Shown here: positions 50,691 to 62,091 of the stretch, piece by piece
Position numbering within the stretch: position 1 is the stretch's first letter
Layout: each line of letters opens with the position of its first letter
Assembly (NCBI GenBank): GCA_034780895.1
Contig: JAUZTB010000107.1
Span: forward strand, 78,322,090-78,386,089
Direction: 5' to 3'
DNA from: Rhynchobatus australiae
Taxonomy: Eukaryota
DNA length: 64,000 nt
Made by a program: the position numbers and the translations under genes
The notes under the pieces: generated by a model
Database searches by the model: none
The model's input: only the letters and a program-made list of their open reading frames with translations
What the model was told of the DNA's origin: nothing

Positions 50691-52439
50691 TACCTAGTTC
50701 TGCAGAGGTCTTCACTAACTTTTTTTATTTTGAATGATTAATGTATGTATTTGTTTTGATGTGCTGAAGTTAGTGCAATTGTGAAATGCCTGACAAAACC
50801 AGTAGTGTATTATAACTTAAATTCTCCAGTTAATTTTAAATCTAATTAAAATGAAGTAGTTTCCTGATGAGTACATCATCTGAGTCAAAAATGTCTTGTA
50901 TTGTGGCAAGTATCCATAGAATATCTATATAGTATCCAATGTATCTACAGCAACTGTCAACTACAGCAATGTTTCTACAGCAGATATCTACAGCAACTGT
51001 CTAACAGTGGTGGCAGTACCTCCACTACCCACAACTTCTGTTAGCCAGAAATGAGAAGGGCAGTTGATACATGGTATCATCACTACCTCCAAGTTTCTCT
51101 CCTTCCTCGTTGCTGCAATAAGATACTACTTTCAGGGAACATCTTCACCAGGACAACATGAAGGTGCCTTAAAAGGACCACTAGGACACAACAATAATTG
51201 ATTGCCTTGACATTATCATCTCATCCATCTCAAGAATGAATTTAAAAAAAATGTCTATAAGTATTTAATTTGCTGTACTTTTTTATAGCTGGTATTAAGA
51301 ATTTTTTTAATGACCTTTTAAGTTTTGTTTTAAAACATTTTCCCTCTGTTATTCGTTTCTCCTTTGCTGCTCTAACTGCTTTTGTGGAGGTTGTATTTTT
51401 TCCTGCACTTTCTTGCCATTTCTCAAATTCTGCTTACTCCACTTCATAATGCCTTATTCACTAAACATTGTTGTACTTAAGATTTATAAGCTATCTTGAT
51501 ATGTATATATCTTGTGTCCTCATTTATATCCATTTAAAGGTTTGTGTTAGATTGAGTTTTTATTGATTTTTTTTTCCTGTCATTTACTTGAAATGATGGT
51601 TTAATCATATTTGGATTGTTGCTTCTTTTCTTGTATTACCATTATCATATCAGGGTATGAAGTCTCTCTTCTGGTGTCCCCAACTTGAAATTAGAAAGCA
51701 ATAAAATTTGACCAGATTTTGCAGCACAAGGCATCTTGTATACTACTTTTGGTTGGATTTGTTCATACTCGTTTAGGTTTTCAAATTTTACTGCCCATGA
51801 GATGCCAGAATGAGCCGATAACAGATCTGGTAGCTTGTGAGCAATAGAAGAAGTAAGAAATAAACACAGGAAGGATAAAGAATGGCAAATCAGTGCGTGA
51901 ATTCATTCTTAAAAATGGGGAAGAGCAGATTAAGCAAGAGGCAGAGACAATGCAGAAATGTGAAACTAAAATCTAAAACCACTCACAATCTGACAGAATG
52001 AGGTGCCAAATAATAGCTCAACTTTCTGAGCAAGAGGATATTTGTTGCTAACTATGTTCTTAAGCTTATAGAATGATGTAAAATAACCAGCAATACCTGT
52101 ATATGGCAATTTACAATTCATGGGTTATCTGCCTGTTGCAGCTGATTTGGCACTAATAATGACATGGGTCATTCAGCTCTCATTATCTTTTTATTATGGT
52201 AGCACATCTATCTTTAGCTGCATCACAAATAATTTTTCCCCCATTATAATATCAAAGGTGGTGGGGTGGGGAGGAATGGCTGCACTTTTCCCTGCATTTG
52301 AAATTCTTTGCTTGTTATCCAAGCTGCAAAGTGATGGCACTTGCAAAATGGGGGGGGGGGGGGGAAAGGGAGGGAGAATTGGAGAGATGGTAGAATTTAT
52401 AGTGGGGAGTAAACTACTTTGTCTTCACTGAAACTGACA

Positions 52440-52790
52440 CGAAGTAACCTGTTAGAAACATCAGTGACCCAAGAGTCTAATGAGAATGAACTAATGAAGA
52501 AATCGGGGGAAAATGTTGGTGTGATTTAAAAATAGTCTCCTCTCAAGGACCCTGATATTCACCCCAGAGTTTTGAAAGAGATTGCTTTAGAGATGATTGA
52601 TGTTCTGGTTTTCATCTTCCAAAATTCTATAGATCCTGCAATTGTTCCTATAGATGAGAGGGTACCAATTATGGCCCCATTATTTAAGAAAAGAAGGGAG
52701 AGAAAATAGGGAATCACCAACCTGTTCGCCCACTGTTAGTAGAAGAGAAAATATTGACATCATTGCTGTCATTTATTTAGACAATCATAA
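52440..52790 (+). mobile_element. CR1-type LINE RT N-terminal fragment
   Basis: GPDIHPRVLKEIALEMIDVLVFIFQNSID...PLFKK. Confidence 0.7.
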
Positions 52791-53454
52791 TCTAACAGGT
52801 GATACTGCCTAGATCAGGGGAGTTGCCATGAGACTTTATCTCTGAACCAGGGTATTGTTTATATTTCAAGCATTTCATCAGGAGTTCTCCATTGAAGCTA
52901 TTTTTCTCTTCCTTTACCAATCACCAAAGGTTTGCATCTTTGCCAACAGTGGCACTAAGTGAGAATTAGTTTGTCTCCCTTTGGGACACGAGTCAGTGTA
53001 GAAATCCTCTGCTTCATCTGTAGCTTCCAGAAATCAGGGCATACCAATCACTTTGTTATTTAACTGGCCAGACTAACATCACCACCTTGAGTGCCATGTC
53101 TTACTCAAGGTGATGATAACAGAGTGAGATTCAAGTCTGTTGATATTAGGGTTAATAATAGAGATCCCAAGGGATGGAAGAGACCTGCACTTGCAGTGGT
53201 TGTCGTTTCTGCCGGATAGGAGTTTGGCAGAGCAAGGTCTTGGTCCAGTGGTAAGCAGGTCTAAATGATGAAAGACCAGGCTCCAGTGTGTGGATATTTA
53301 CATCGGTGGCTCAGGTACATTCCTCCATCATCCCCACAGCTACCCTCTGGAGGAGAGATTTATTTAGTCAAGCCTGTTTATTCTCCAAAAGGTGATGTTG
53401 GATTTTGTTATTCCAGTTAACGCAAAGTTTTGCTGTCATGAGATCTGGTTTAAT

Positions 53455-53790
53455 AAGGTCCTCCAGCACAGAGATGGGCCCCTCTGCCCATTGAATGCAC
53501 CCTGACCATTAAGTATCTATTTACACTGATGCCATTTTATTCTTCCCATATTCTTATCAAATCCATCTAGATTCTACCACTCATGCAAGCACTAGGAGCA
53601 GTTTATGGTAGTTAGTTAACCTGTCCACCTATGTCTTCAGCATGTGGGATGAAACTAGGTAACTGTCAGAAAATCTATAAGATCTAAGGGAAGATGTGCA
53701 AATTCCAGACAGCACCAGAGGTCAGGGTTGAGCCTGGGTTAATAGGGCTATAAAGCAGCTGTTCTACCAGCTGTTTCACTGTGCTGCCCC
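53455..53790 (-). mobile_element. HE1/V-SINE-like SINE
   Basis: Ends CACTGTGCTGCCC (reverse complement of the GGGCAGCACAGTG head); CR1-type tail at the left end. Confidence 0.65.
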
Positions 53791-54464
53791 ATTATAGAGC
53801 AGCTCATGCTTCTGTGCAAAACTGGACAATGTCCAAGCTTGGATTATAAATGTAAAGTAACAATGATTGCCTCCAATAGGAGAAAGCCTAACCATATATC
53901 ATTGTTCAGTTGCATTACCACAACTCAAGTATTCAAGGGAAGGCATATTAATTATTTTTCAGAAACAGTGGGTTGTAAATGTTACATGATGCTAATGCTC
54001 CATGATGTAACTCGCTAAACTTGTCTACCACCAAAATATTAAGTGGTTTGTTAAATGAACACTTGCAATGGCCAGCTGTAAGACTCAAGAAACATGGCAT
54101 CATACAAACCAATGCAATTAGCTTTATTCACCCAGGTAGTTTAAACATCCATTCCCCACATCTGTGTGCTGTGACTAAGGAAGTCACTAGCAATATGGCG
54201 ACCTTCATTCCCTAAGTGCATACAAATGTTTTAGAAGCTGATGTAGACTTCTGTATATATTGCTTTTCCCTCAGAATGGCTGTCAAAGGTCCACCTTGTG
54301 TTGTGGAGTAAGAACTACCGAGATTCAAGGTGCAGGCTCAGCAACACCTCAAAAACAACCAGTGGTGGATAATACATTCTAGTTTTCCCCAAAATGAATA
54401 TGCTATTAGTATAATCTTCCTAATTTCATTTCCTACCCTTGTCTCGGGAGAGCAAATGTTTATG

Positions 54465-54595
54465 AAGACACGAGACGGCAGATGTTGGAATCTGGAGCAA
54501 ACAAAAACGAGGTGCTNNNNNNNNNNAAGGACCAGGCAGCATCCGTGGAGGGAAATGAACAGTCCACGTTACGGGTCGGGACCCTTCATTTGGAT
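54465..54595. mobile_element. Penelope-type single arm immediately upstream of the C3orf33 CpG island
   Basis: GCAGATGTTGGAATCTGGAGC...CCAGGCAGCATCCGTGGAG...CGGGTCGGGACCCTTCA, homologous to the left arm of 23325-23767. Confidence 0.7.
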
Positions 54596-54619
54596 CAATA
54601 GTTAAGCTTTAAGGTCCAA

Positions 54620-54930
54620 GTGCCCTGCAGACGCCCTTTGCCCGGGTCCAAGGCGCTTTTCCGGCCCGGCTGACGTGCGGGCCGCCAGGGCGCGCGCGCC
54701 GCTTGGGTGGTTCACGCGCGATCCTTCCCGTGACGCAGCGCGCGAACGGGACATGTCTGACGAGGGGCCGAATGCGCTCGGTTCCTACCTCAGCAGAGCG
54801 GTGGCGTTTATGGATGAGCATGTTCGAGCGGTGCGGGTATGTGGGGACGTTCACATCCCGACGTGAAAGGCAGTGCGGCACCGCGGAGGTTTAGCGGCTT
54901 ATAAAATGGCCGGACGGTTCTCGGATAGTG
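54620..54930 (+). promoter_or_regulatory. C3orf33 CpG-island promoter/first exon
   Basis: CpG-dense segment spanning the ATG at 54753; TGACG CRE half-sites at 54671 and 54731; GCGCGCGCGC run. Confidence 0.8.
54753..54836 (+). CDS. C3orf33: C3orf33 coding exon 1 (84 nt)
   Basis: MSDEGPNALGSYLSRAVAFMDEHVRAVR|GTATGT. Confidence 0.88.
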
Positions 54931-57900
54931 AGGCAAAGGGGGTTACTTTGTAGTTTGGGGGGCTTTGGCGGGAGGTTTGTGCTGGAGGTCTTTTCTCATC
55001 CTCTTGTCCCTCCGCTTGTGTCTTTAGACTATTGGCACGGGCCTGGCAGTGGTCGGCATCGTGATGTTAGCCAGAAGCGTCAGACTAGTAAGTTTCATTG
55101 TGCCCGTTGAAGAGAACCTCTCTCTCTGCACTTCTCCCCATGTCACAGAACGAAGCTAGACCAACATTTTGCTAGCGACTTACCATTCAAGTTTGGCACT
55201 TTCTTCTCAAGCACAATGCAATTCATTTGTACACACAGGCTGTACTGGTATATTGCAAGAGAAAATAGTATACATTCTGGCCTACCACCTTCCCAGTACC
55301 AACTGGGAATGGGCAAAAAATGCCAAAATTGAAAAAAGTCCCATTGAAAACTATTGTAGAATTAGATTCTGGTTTTAAGATTCTGGTTCTNNNNNNNNNN
55401 NTGACTCTAGTGCAGTTCTTAAAATAATCCTGTATCTGCTGTTATGAGATTTTCCGATTTCTGACATAATGCAATTGACAACATTTGGTCACATTTTTTT
55501 TGAAACATTGAAGGGCATTCAAGCCATTTAAAATAAAGTCACTTATATTGAGAACAATGGCATCTTTGCCCTTGTCAGGTTTTGGAACAAGATTTGATTA
55601 TCAGTTCTTTAGGAGTATCTTAAATTACAAAAGCAGTTACATCTTATGACCTTAAAAGTTATTGTGCTGTAAATTTTAGCAGCATACTAATGAATATATG
55701 TATACTTGTCCTTCCAAGAGCATATCCACTTGTGATGAGCAATATGGTAGGAAATTTGTTACTAAAACATGATCTCTATTGTAAAATGTCACAGTCCATG
55801 TGTCATCTGCAAAGGCAATGTACTTTCAATATGCCAGCTGCTTTGTGAAAGTGATGATCACGTTCCAAGTTCTGTGACCAAAATAATACCCAGTGAGAAA
55901 TGTTTTCACACATGTTTGTTTATGAAAATTCTAGGTGTACAAAAGTTTGAACAAAGCTCTGGCTTTTTCATCAAGCCTTCCATGGCAAAATAGACTTAAT
56001 ATTGTAGAGTAACATATTCCAAATTACAAGCACAGGGCCTTAGGGGAATGATTTTTACAATGAAGCATGGATGCATTGTAATCAGTCTTGAATTTTTAAT
56101 TTTTTTTACTTTATTCTGCATCTAAAAAAAATGAGGAACACATTTTAATTTCTGTAGCTTCCCTCATCAAATTGAATTCTCACAGAATTTCTTAATTTAT
56201 TGCAATCGGACTTTTTTTCATGGTAATCTGGCAAACATGCATTTGCAGCAAAGTTGCACACTGGGTATGTGACACGTTGTTTCCGACATTATTAAAATCA
56301 CCTGATAAAGTCTTGGGAGATCCAGTACATTTAAATGTACATCTAGTACATTTTGACTTGCACTCACTACATAATGTATGCAAAAAAGATTGCTTTATAA
56401 TTTTATGGTATGACCATTTGAGTATAAAATAATACATTTGATGAATAATGAAAGTTCATTTTCCTTCATCTTAACAGATTACTAAATTTACAAGTGCCGT
56501 AGAGATACCTAATAATTTTATTGAAAAAAGTATTAAACTTCGAGGGAGAATACATCATGTAACAGAAAATGGACTAGAAGTAGAACATATTCCTATTAAC
56601 CTTCCTTTTATTTCATCCCTACAAAAAAAATGTAAGTAAATGCTTATTGATATACAATAACATGTATAACTGCAGATTTATTGATTAAATTAGAGGTGTA
56701 TAAAATATTGAGAGGGATAGACAGAGTAAACAGCCAGTGCCTCTTTCCCAGGGCACCAATGCTCAAGACAAGAGGGCATGGCTTTAAAATAATGGGTGGG
56801 AAGTTCAGAGGAGATGTCAGAGGGAGGTTTTTCACCCAGAGAGTGGTTGGTGCATGGAATGCACTACCTGGGGTGGTGGTGGAGGCAGATACGTTGGACA
56901 GGTTCAAGAGATTGTTGGATAGGCATATGGAGGAATGTGGGATAGAGGGATATGCGGGAGGAAAGGGTTAGATGGTGTGAGGTGTGGTTTGATGGGTGGC
57001 ACAACATGGTGGGCCAAAGGGCCTGTATTGTGCTGTACTGTTCTATGGTTCTGTGGTTTAATTCCAGGCAAAATCCTTGTGAATTTCTTCTGCACTCTCT
57101 CCATTGCTACCGCATACTTCCTGCAGCGTGATTACCACAACTGCACAGAACTCTGTGCAGTTCAATCAACATTTTGTAGAGCTGCAACATGACGTCCCAA
57201 CTCTTATACTCAATACCTCAGCCTATTAAGGCAAACGTACTGAATGCCTTTTTCTCTGCTCTATCCACCTGTATTACCACTTTCAGGTAGCTATGGACTT
57301 GCACCCCAAGGTCTCCTTGTACATCAACAGTCTATATCCGACCAGAATTTGACTTCCAACTTTTGTCGGAAGTTGGTGGTGCACAGTGAAGCAAGTTGAT
57401 AGAGGAGCCCAGACCTCGCTTGGCTGGCAGTAAGAGAGGCCCATCCCATCAGATTCTTCCTGCATAACTAGAGTCTCACCCCTACTATATATGGCCCTCA
57501 AGATGACTGCAGTGGGAAACTATTGCCCACCTCTTTGTGGACTGTGCATTTGCCAAGAAGGTCTGGGAAAGGATGCAAGGTCCTTGTTGGAGTTCACCCC
57601 AGCAGCTGCATAACAAAGGACTCTGATCTACGGGCTGCTCCCAGGGACACATATTGAGACAAAAGTAAAGTGCTACTGGGTGATCACCAACTCAGAGAAG
57701 GACGTACTTTGGTCTTCCCGAAACCTGTTGGTCTTCTGGCCCCAGAAGATGTCTGCAAATGCGGTTAATGAATTGCCAAATGAAGTAACAAACAATCTGC
57801 TGCAGGAACTCAAGGGTCGAGCAGCATCTATGAGGGGAAAGGGATTGTCAACATTTCGGATCGAAACTCCGCATCAGTTCTGATGCAGGGTTTCGACTGG

Positions 57901-60900
57901 AAATGCTGACAATCCTTTCCTCTCACAGACGCTGCTCCACCCACTGAGTTCCTCCAGGATATTGTTGCTCCGGGTTCCAGCATCTGCAGTCTCTTGTGCT
58001 CACAAATGAATGCTGGCGACCTGCACATTCCAAGGTTCAGGAGTATGTGCGGATGACTGGCCTGATTCTCGNNNNNNNNNNNNNNNNNNNNNNNNNNNNN
58101 NNNNNNNNNNNNNNNNNNNNNNNNNNNNNNNNNNNNNNNNNNNNNNNNNNNNNNNNNNNNNNNNNNNNNNNGTGGGTAAAGTATCCAGTATATCTGAAAA
58201 ATATCATCCAGTATATCTTTTTCAAATGGGCTTTTGTGGTGAACCTCATGGACCTCATATTTTAGATTGTTATTTCCACTGTTGGATACCTTGGCTTATT
58301 TTTCATTTTTTAAACTACATCTTTACTAATTTACTTTGCTGAGCATCAGTCCAACAGTCAATTGGACTATTTTAGTTTATACTATATACTAACAGAGGAG
58401 GTCAGTTAGCCTGCATTCAATCCACATTCTAATAAATTATGCCTGATAATACCCACGCCTCTGATTTCACATGCTTGTTCCATGTATTATTCCATTTTCT
58501 CAGAAGATTTTTTTATTCTGGGATATTGTTAGCTCTCCAAAGCAAAATTGATATTTGGGAAGTTAAAATTTAATTTTGTGTCTCAATTCAGCTAATCATA
58601 TTTTAACGTAGAAAGAAAGAGAAACTTCCATTCATATAACATCCTTTCAGGATCTTCCACAGCACTTTACAACCAATGAATTTGAATTTGGCTTACTTGA
58701 TGCACAAAATATCAAGTAAGCCAAATTCAAATTCATTGGTTGTAAAGTTCACAACAAGCACCCTCAAAACAAGATGGAGTAATGTTTTGATATCAGTGAT
58801 TATAGGATAAATATTAGCCTGGATAATGGATAAACACCCTGTTCTTCATCAAATCAGTGCTGTGGAGCCTTTTACACCCACTTTAGAGAATTAACAGGTA
58901 TAATACCACAGCTGCAGAGCAGTATCTCTGACATTGAAGCATTACCATCACTCCTCTGGAGTGTCATCTTGGTTCTAGAATGGGACATAAGCATTCAACA
59001 TTTTGACTCGTGTTAATGTGTGACAAACTAAACCACAATTGACCTTCACCATTCTCTTTGACCATTGCTGGTCTTGGTTATCATTATAGAATCTTTTTAA
59101 ACATTGGCAAAATGAACATCAAAACTGAATTTGGCACAACTTCCTCTGTAAGATAGAAGCAACTTTTTAAATACAGAGCATCATACTGATATCTTCAACC
59201 AGAATTCATGGCATTCAGTGTACAACTGAATCTGTTTTTCAAGTGTATACCCAATTCCTGTCTGGTAAATGGTTTGTTACATTCTTTGCTTTAATTTGCT
59301 TTATCACCCTGCATCTATATTGGGATATGGTGATGGAGTGCAGTTTTGCTGTTACTTCATTATAAATGGTAAAGAAAATATGGATAGTGCAACTGTTCAG
59401 ACTCAACCGAATTGCGGCTGATGGACTGGACACTTTTTAAAAAAAAAATTATTTTCTGGATTTCTTCAGGTCAAATTTGATGTCATCTTGTAAATTCTCC
59501 ACTCAGATCATCTAACATGCTTACCCCATGATGTGGGAAATGATGATGGGGGCCTTTAAAACATGCTCTATTAGATAGTTCAGATACTCAATGAAATGTA
59601 TTTTCTAAATTCTATGTATCAGGATGATCATAAAAGGGTAGTTACTATGAAATGCTCTTATAGGGTACACAATGGTGAAGCAGATTGTCACATTATAGCT
59701 TAAATGGACAGTGGACCTAGATTGCTAATTGCTGTTTTGCATGTATGTGTTATATTTTCACTTATTTTACCTTGTCTTGTAAAGAAACACTTCCATTTTC
59801 CTCAGGGCAACCAGATGGTCACCTGATCGTTCGGTTGGCTGGCTTGCAAATGACTGACGAAGGGAGAACTTGGTTAAGTGAGCAAGTAAAATCTCCCCAC
59901 ATTATTTGGTTTCAACTTCTGAGAAGGGAGAATTCTTTTATTGATTGCATTGTGAGATTAAACAAGGTAAAACCATATTTTAGAAAAATGATTTCCTATT
60001 TTTGAAAGTGATGCCTGACATCCATATGGTGGCTGTTTTTAAGGCTGGGAAGGTGACTAAAATNNNNNNNNNNNNNNNNNNNNNNNNNNNNNNNNNNNNN
60101 NNNNNNNNNNNNNNNNNNNNNNNNNNNNNNNNNNNNNNNNNNNNNNNNNNNNNNNNNNNNNNNNNNNNNNNNNNNNNNNNNNNNNNNNNNNNNNNNNNNN
60201 NNNNNNNNNNNNNNNNNNNNNNNNNNNNNNNNNNNNNNNNNNNNNNNNNNNNNNNNNNNNNNNNNNNNNNNNNNNNNNNNNNNNNNNNNNNNNNNNNNNN
60301 NNNNNNNNNNNNNNNNNNNNNNNNNNNNNNNNNNNNNNNNNNNNNNNNNNNNNNNNNNNNNNNNNNNNNNNNNNNNNNNNNNNNNNNNNNNNNNNNNNNN
60401 NNNNNNNNNNNNNNNNNNNNNNNNNNNNNNNNNNNNNNNNNNNNNNNNNNNNNNNNNNNNNNNNNNNNNNNNNNNNNNNNNNNNNNNNNNNNNNNNNNNN
60501 NNNNNNNNNNNNNNNNNNNNNNNNNNNNNNNNNNNNNNNNNNNNNNNNNNNNNNNNNNNNNNNNNNNNNNNNNNNNNNNNNNNNNNNNNNNNNNNNNNNN
60601 NNNNNNNNNNNNNNNNNNNNNNNNNNNNNNNNNNNNNNNNNNNNNNNNNNNNNNAGCATCAGATAAGCAGCATTCACAAGAAAAACATAAATTAAACACA
60701 ATTTTTACAAGAAAGAACACAATTAGAACAAAAAAAAGTCCATTTTAGTGCAAAGTGGTCATAATATTGCTAAACTCTAGTTTTTAAGGTTGTGCCAGTT
60801 GGTTCAAGAACAGAATAGTTGAAGGGAAGCAGCTGTTCTTGAACCTGGTGGTGTGGGACTTCAGGCTTCTGTACCTCCTGCCTGATGGTAACTGCAGAGG

Positions 60901-61873
60901 GAAATGGGCAATATTTCAGGTTTATTTAAACCTTCATCACATGGAACAGATTTTAAGCAAGTGCAGGGAAAGTAAGTAAGGAAGAGAGCTACTGAGGTGC
61001 AATAGAATGGAAGGCAAATGTGACTTAAATGACAAAGGATGATGGGGAAGACATAAAAAGGGTTGGCAATTGAATATTAAGAACAGTCAAAAATTTGGTC
61101 TTGAATAGCTGTACTTGAGAATACCAGAATCATTGTCTGAACCTGCAGCCGGACAAATGAGAGCATTGAACAACCTTGATGTTGATTATTGTGTATGTAC
61201 ATACCAGTTGGTCCTTTGTTTTTGTTATTGTTTGGCATTAGGTAGGATTGTCATGTTCTAACTTGTTTTATGATGGCCCTAGGCTTTCAATGTTGCACCT
61301 TTATCACTTATTTAGTAGGGACCAATCACTTTAAAAAAAACATACTGTTCATGAGAAAGACCAGCAGTTATCAAGTAAATCCATTCATCTGATTGTATAG
61401 CTATAGTAATAACTTGAAATGGTTCAACCAAATATTTCTTAATGAATGCATAGAGATGCATGCTAATTCCAAAACCCGTGGACCTCTGTCAGATAATATT
61501 TTCAGGTCAGAAGAAATTATTGATGAATGGCATATAGTATGATTTTGAAATGTGTAAGCAGTGGACAAAATATAATTTGATTGTATTTTCTGTCCTTAAG
61601 GGAACGATTTTCTCAATCTGCCTAAATGAAGAGATTTTGAGGAAAGGTCTTGGGCGAACTGTTAATATTGAAGGTTTACACTCTAATCCCAAACTGTACT
61701 GGAGGCTACAGACAAAATTGCTTAAAGCAGAAATGAAAGCCCTAAAAAAAGGTAAAGGCATCTGGAAAGAGCCAACTTTATTGGAAAAATTCTCAAATAA
61801 TTTTCAGAATTCTAAGATTTTACACAGTTTGAGTAGTCTAATTTTATGGGTCAGGTCATTTGGAAACAAATAA
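54753..61873 (+). CDS. C3orf33: C3orf33 homolog (N-terminal TM segment plus staphylococcal-nuclease-like OB fold), 243 aa; exons 54753-54836, 55028-55087, 56478-56631, 59806-59966, 61601-61873
   Basis: Spliced translation (DEHVRAVR/TIGTGLAVVGIVMLARSVRL/ITKFTSAVEIP..KLRGRI..ENGLEVEHIPI/..LIVRLAG..WFQLLRRENS/..LNEEILRKGLGRTV..LLKAEMKALKKGKGIWKE) matches vertebrate C3orf33. The total of 732 nt is in frame, and the gene is syntenic downstream of SLC33A1. Confidence 0.93.
55028..55087 (+). CDS. C3orf33: C3orf33 coding exon 2 (60 nt, hydrophobic TM segment)
   Basis: TTTAG|TIGTGLAVVGIVMLARSVRL|GTAAGT. Confidence 0.92.
56478..56631 (+). CDS. C3orf33: C3orf33 coding exon 3 (154 nt)
   Basis: ITKFTSAVEIPNNFIEKSIKLRGRIHHVTENGLEVEHIPINLPFISSLQKK; CAG acceptor, GTAAGT donor. 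Confidence 0.93.
56685..57057 (+). mobile_element. Young CR1 (HER1-like) LINE 3' end
   Basis: Open frame EVYKILRGIDRVNSQCLFPRAPMLKTRGHGFKIMGGKFRGDVRGRFFTQRVVGAWNALP; tail TGTGCTGTACTGTTCTATGGTTCT. Confidence 0.9.
57060..57330 (-). mobile_element. CR1-type LINE fragment, opposite strand
   Basis: MERVQKKFTRILPG on the minus strand. Confidence 0.75.
57400..58071 (+). mobile_element. Tx1/L1-clade LINE ORF2 C-terminal (zf-RVT) fragment, interrupted by a fold-back insertion
   Basis: DLAWLAVREAHPIRFFLH...ETIAHLFVDCAFAKKVWERMQ...LIYGLLPGTH...KDVLWSSRNLLVF...MSA[insertion]NECWRPAHSKVQEYV. Confidence 0.8.
57762..58002. mobile_element. Penelope-type fold-back (near-palindromic) insertion with CAAATG TSD
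   Basis: Arms 57791-57877 and 57880-57966 are inverted around a TT spacer; CAAATG at 57756-57761 and 58003-58008. Confidence 0.8.
58610..59045 (-). mobile_element. Ancient Deu-domain SINE (SacSINE1-like)
   Basis: AAACTTCCATTCATATAAC...CACTTTACAACCAATGAA...GGATAAATATTAGCC...CCTGTTCTTC...TGGAGTGTCA...TGGGACA...TGACTC...CTAAACCACA pattern. Confidence 0.65.
59806..59966 (+). CDS. C3orf33: C3orf33 coding exon 4 (161 nt)
   Basis: WQPDGHLIVRLAGLQMTDEGRTWLSEQVKSPHIIWFQLLRRENSFIDCIVRLNK; CAG acceptor, GTAAAA donor. Confidence 0.92.
60655..60895 (-). mobile_element. Rex1/Babar LINE 3' end
   Basis: The minus strand encodes LPSGRRYRSLKSHTTRFKNSCFP followed by the family 3' UTR. Confidence 0.8.
61601..61873 (+). 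CDS. C3orf33: C3orf33 last coding exon (273 nt including TAA)
   Basis: GTIFSICLNEEILRKGLGRTV...KGIWKEPTLLEKF...SFGNK*; TTAAG acceptor. Confidence 0.92.
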   Translation, partial: GTIFSICLNEEILRKGLGRTVNIEGLHSNPKLYWRLQTKLLKAEMKALKKGKGIWKEPTLLEKFSNNFQNSKILHSLSSLILWVRSFGNK

Positions 61874-62085
61874 GTTAATAATGTTCAGTTGAAGATGTAT
61901 TCTGTAGACTATTCCAGAAATCTAACTGGTTTCAAACTAATGACACATTTAAATGTATCAATTCAATATCACAATATATTATCTTGATTTAAGATACAAA
62001 GACCCATTTATTGCTATGCAAGATGTTATATTTTGTCTTACTGGTTTATTCAGAAATGCAAATCTTTGTACATTGATGTTTTACA

Positions 62086-62091
62086 AATAAA
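62086..62091 (+). terminator. Candidate polyadenylation signal for C3orf33
   Basis: First AATAAA I found downstream of the stop, about 210 nt away. Confidence 0.5.

Noticed and set aside
52350-52380. Poly-G tract as a functional G-quadruplex (also 43361-43373)
   Set aside because: Simple homopolymer runs with no other support; run length is unreliable in assemblies
55719-55771. AAG|SIST... as C3orf33 exon 2
   Set aside because: Non-hydrophobic and ends in a stop; the true exon 2 is 55028-55087
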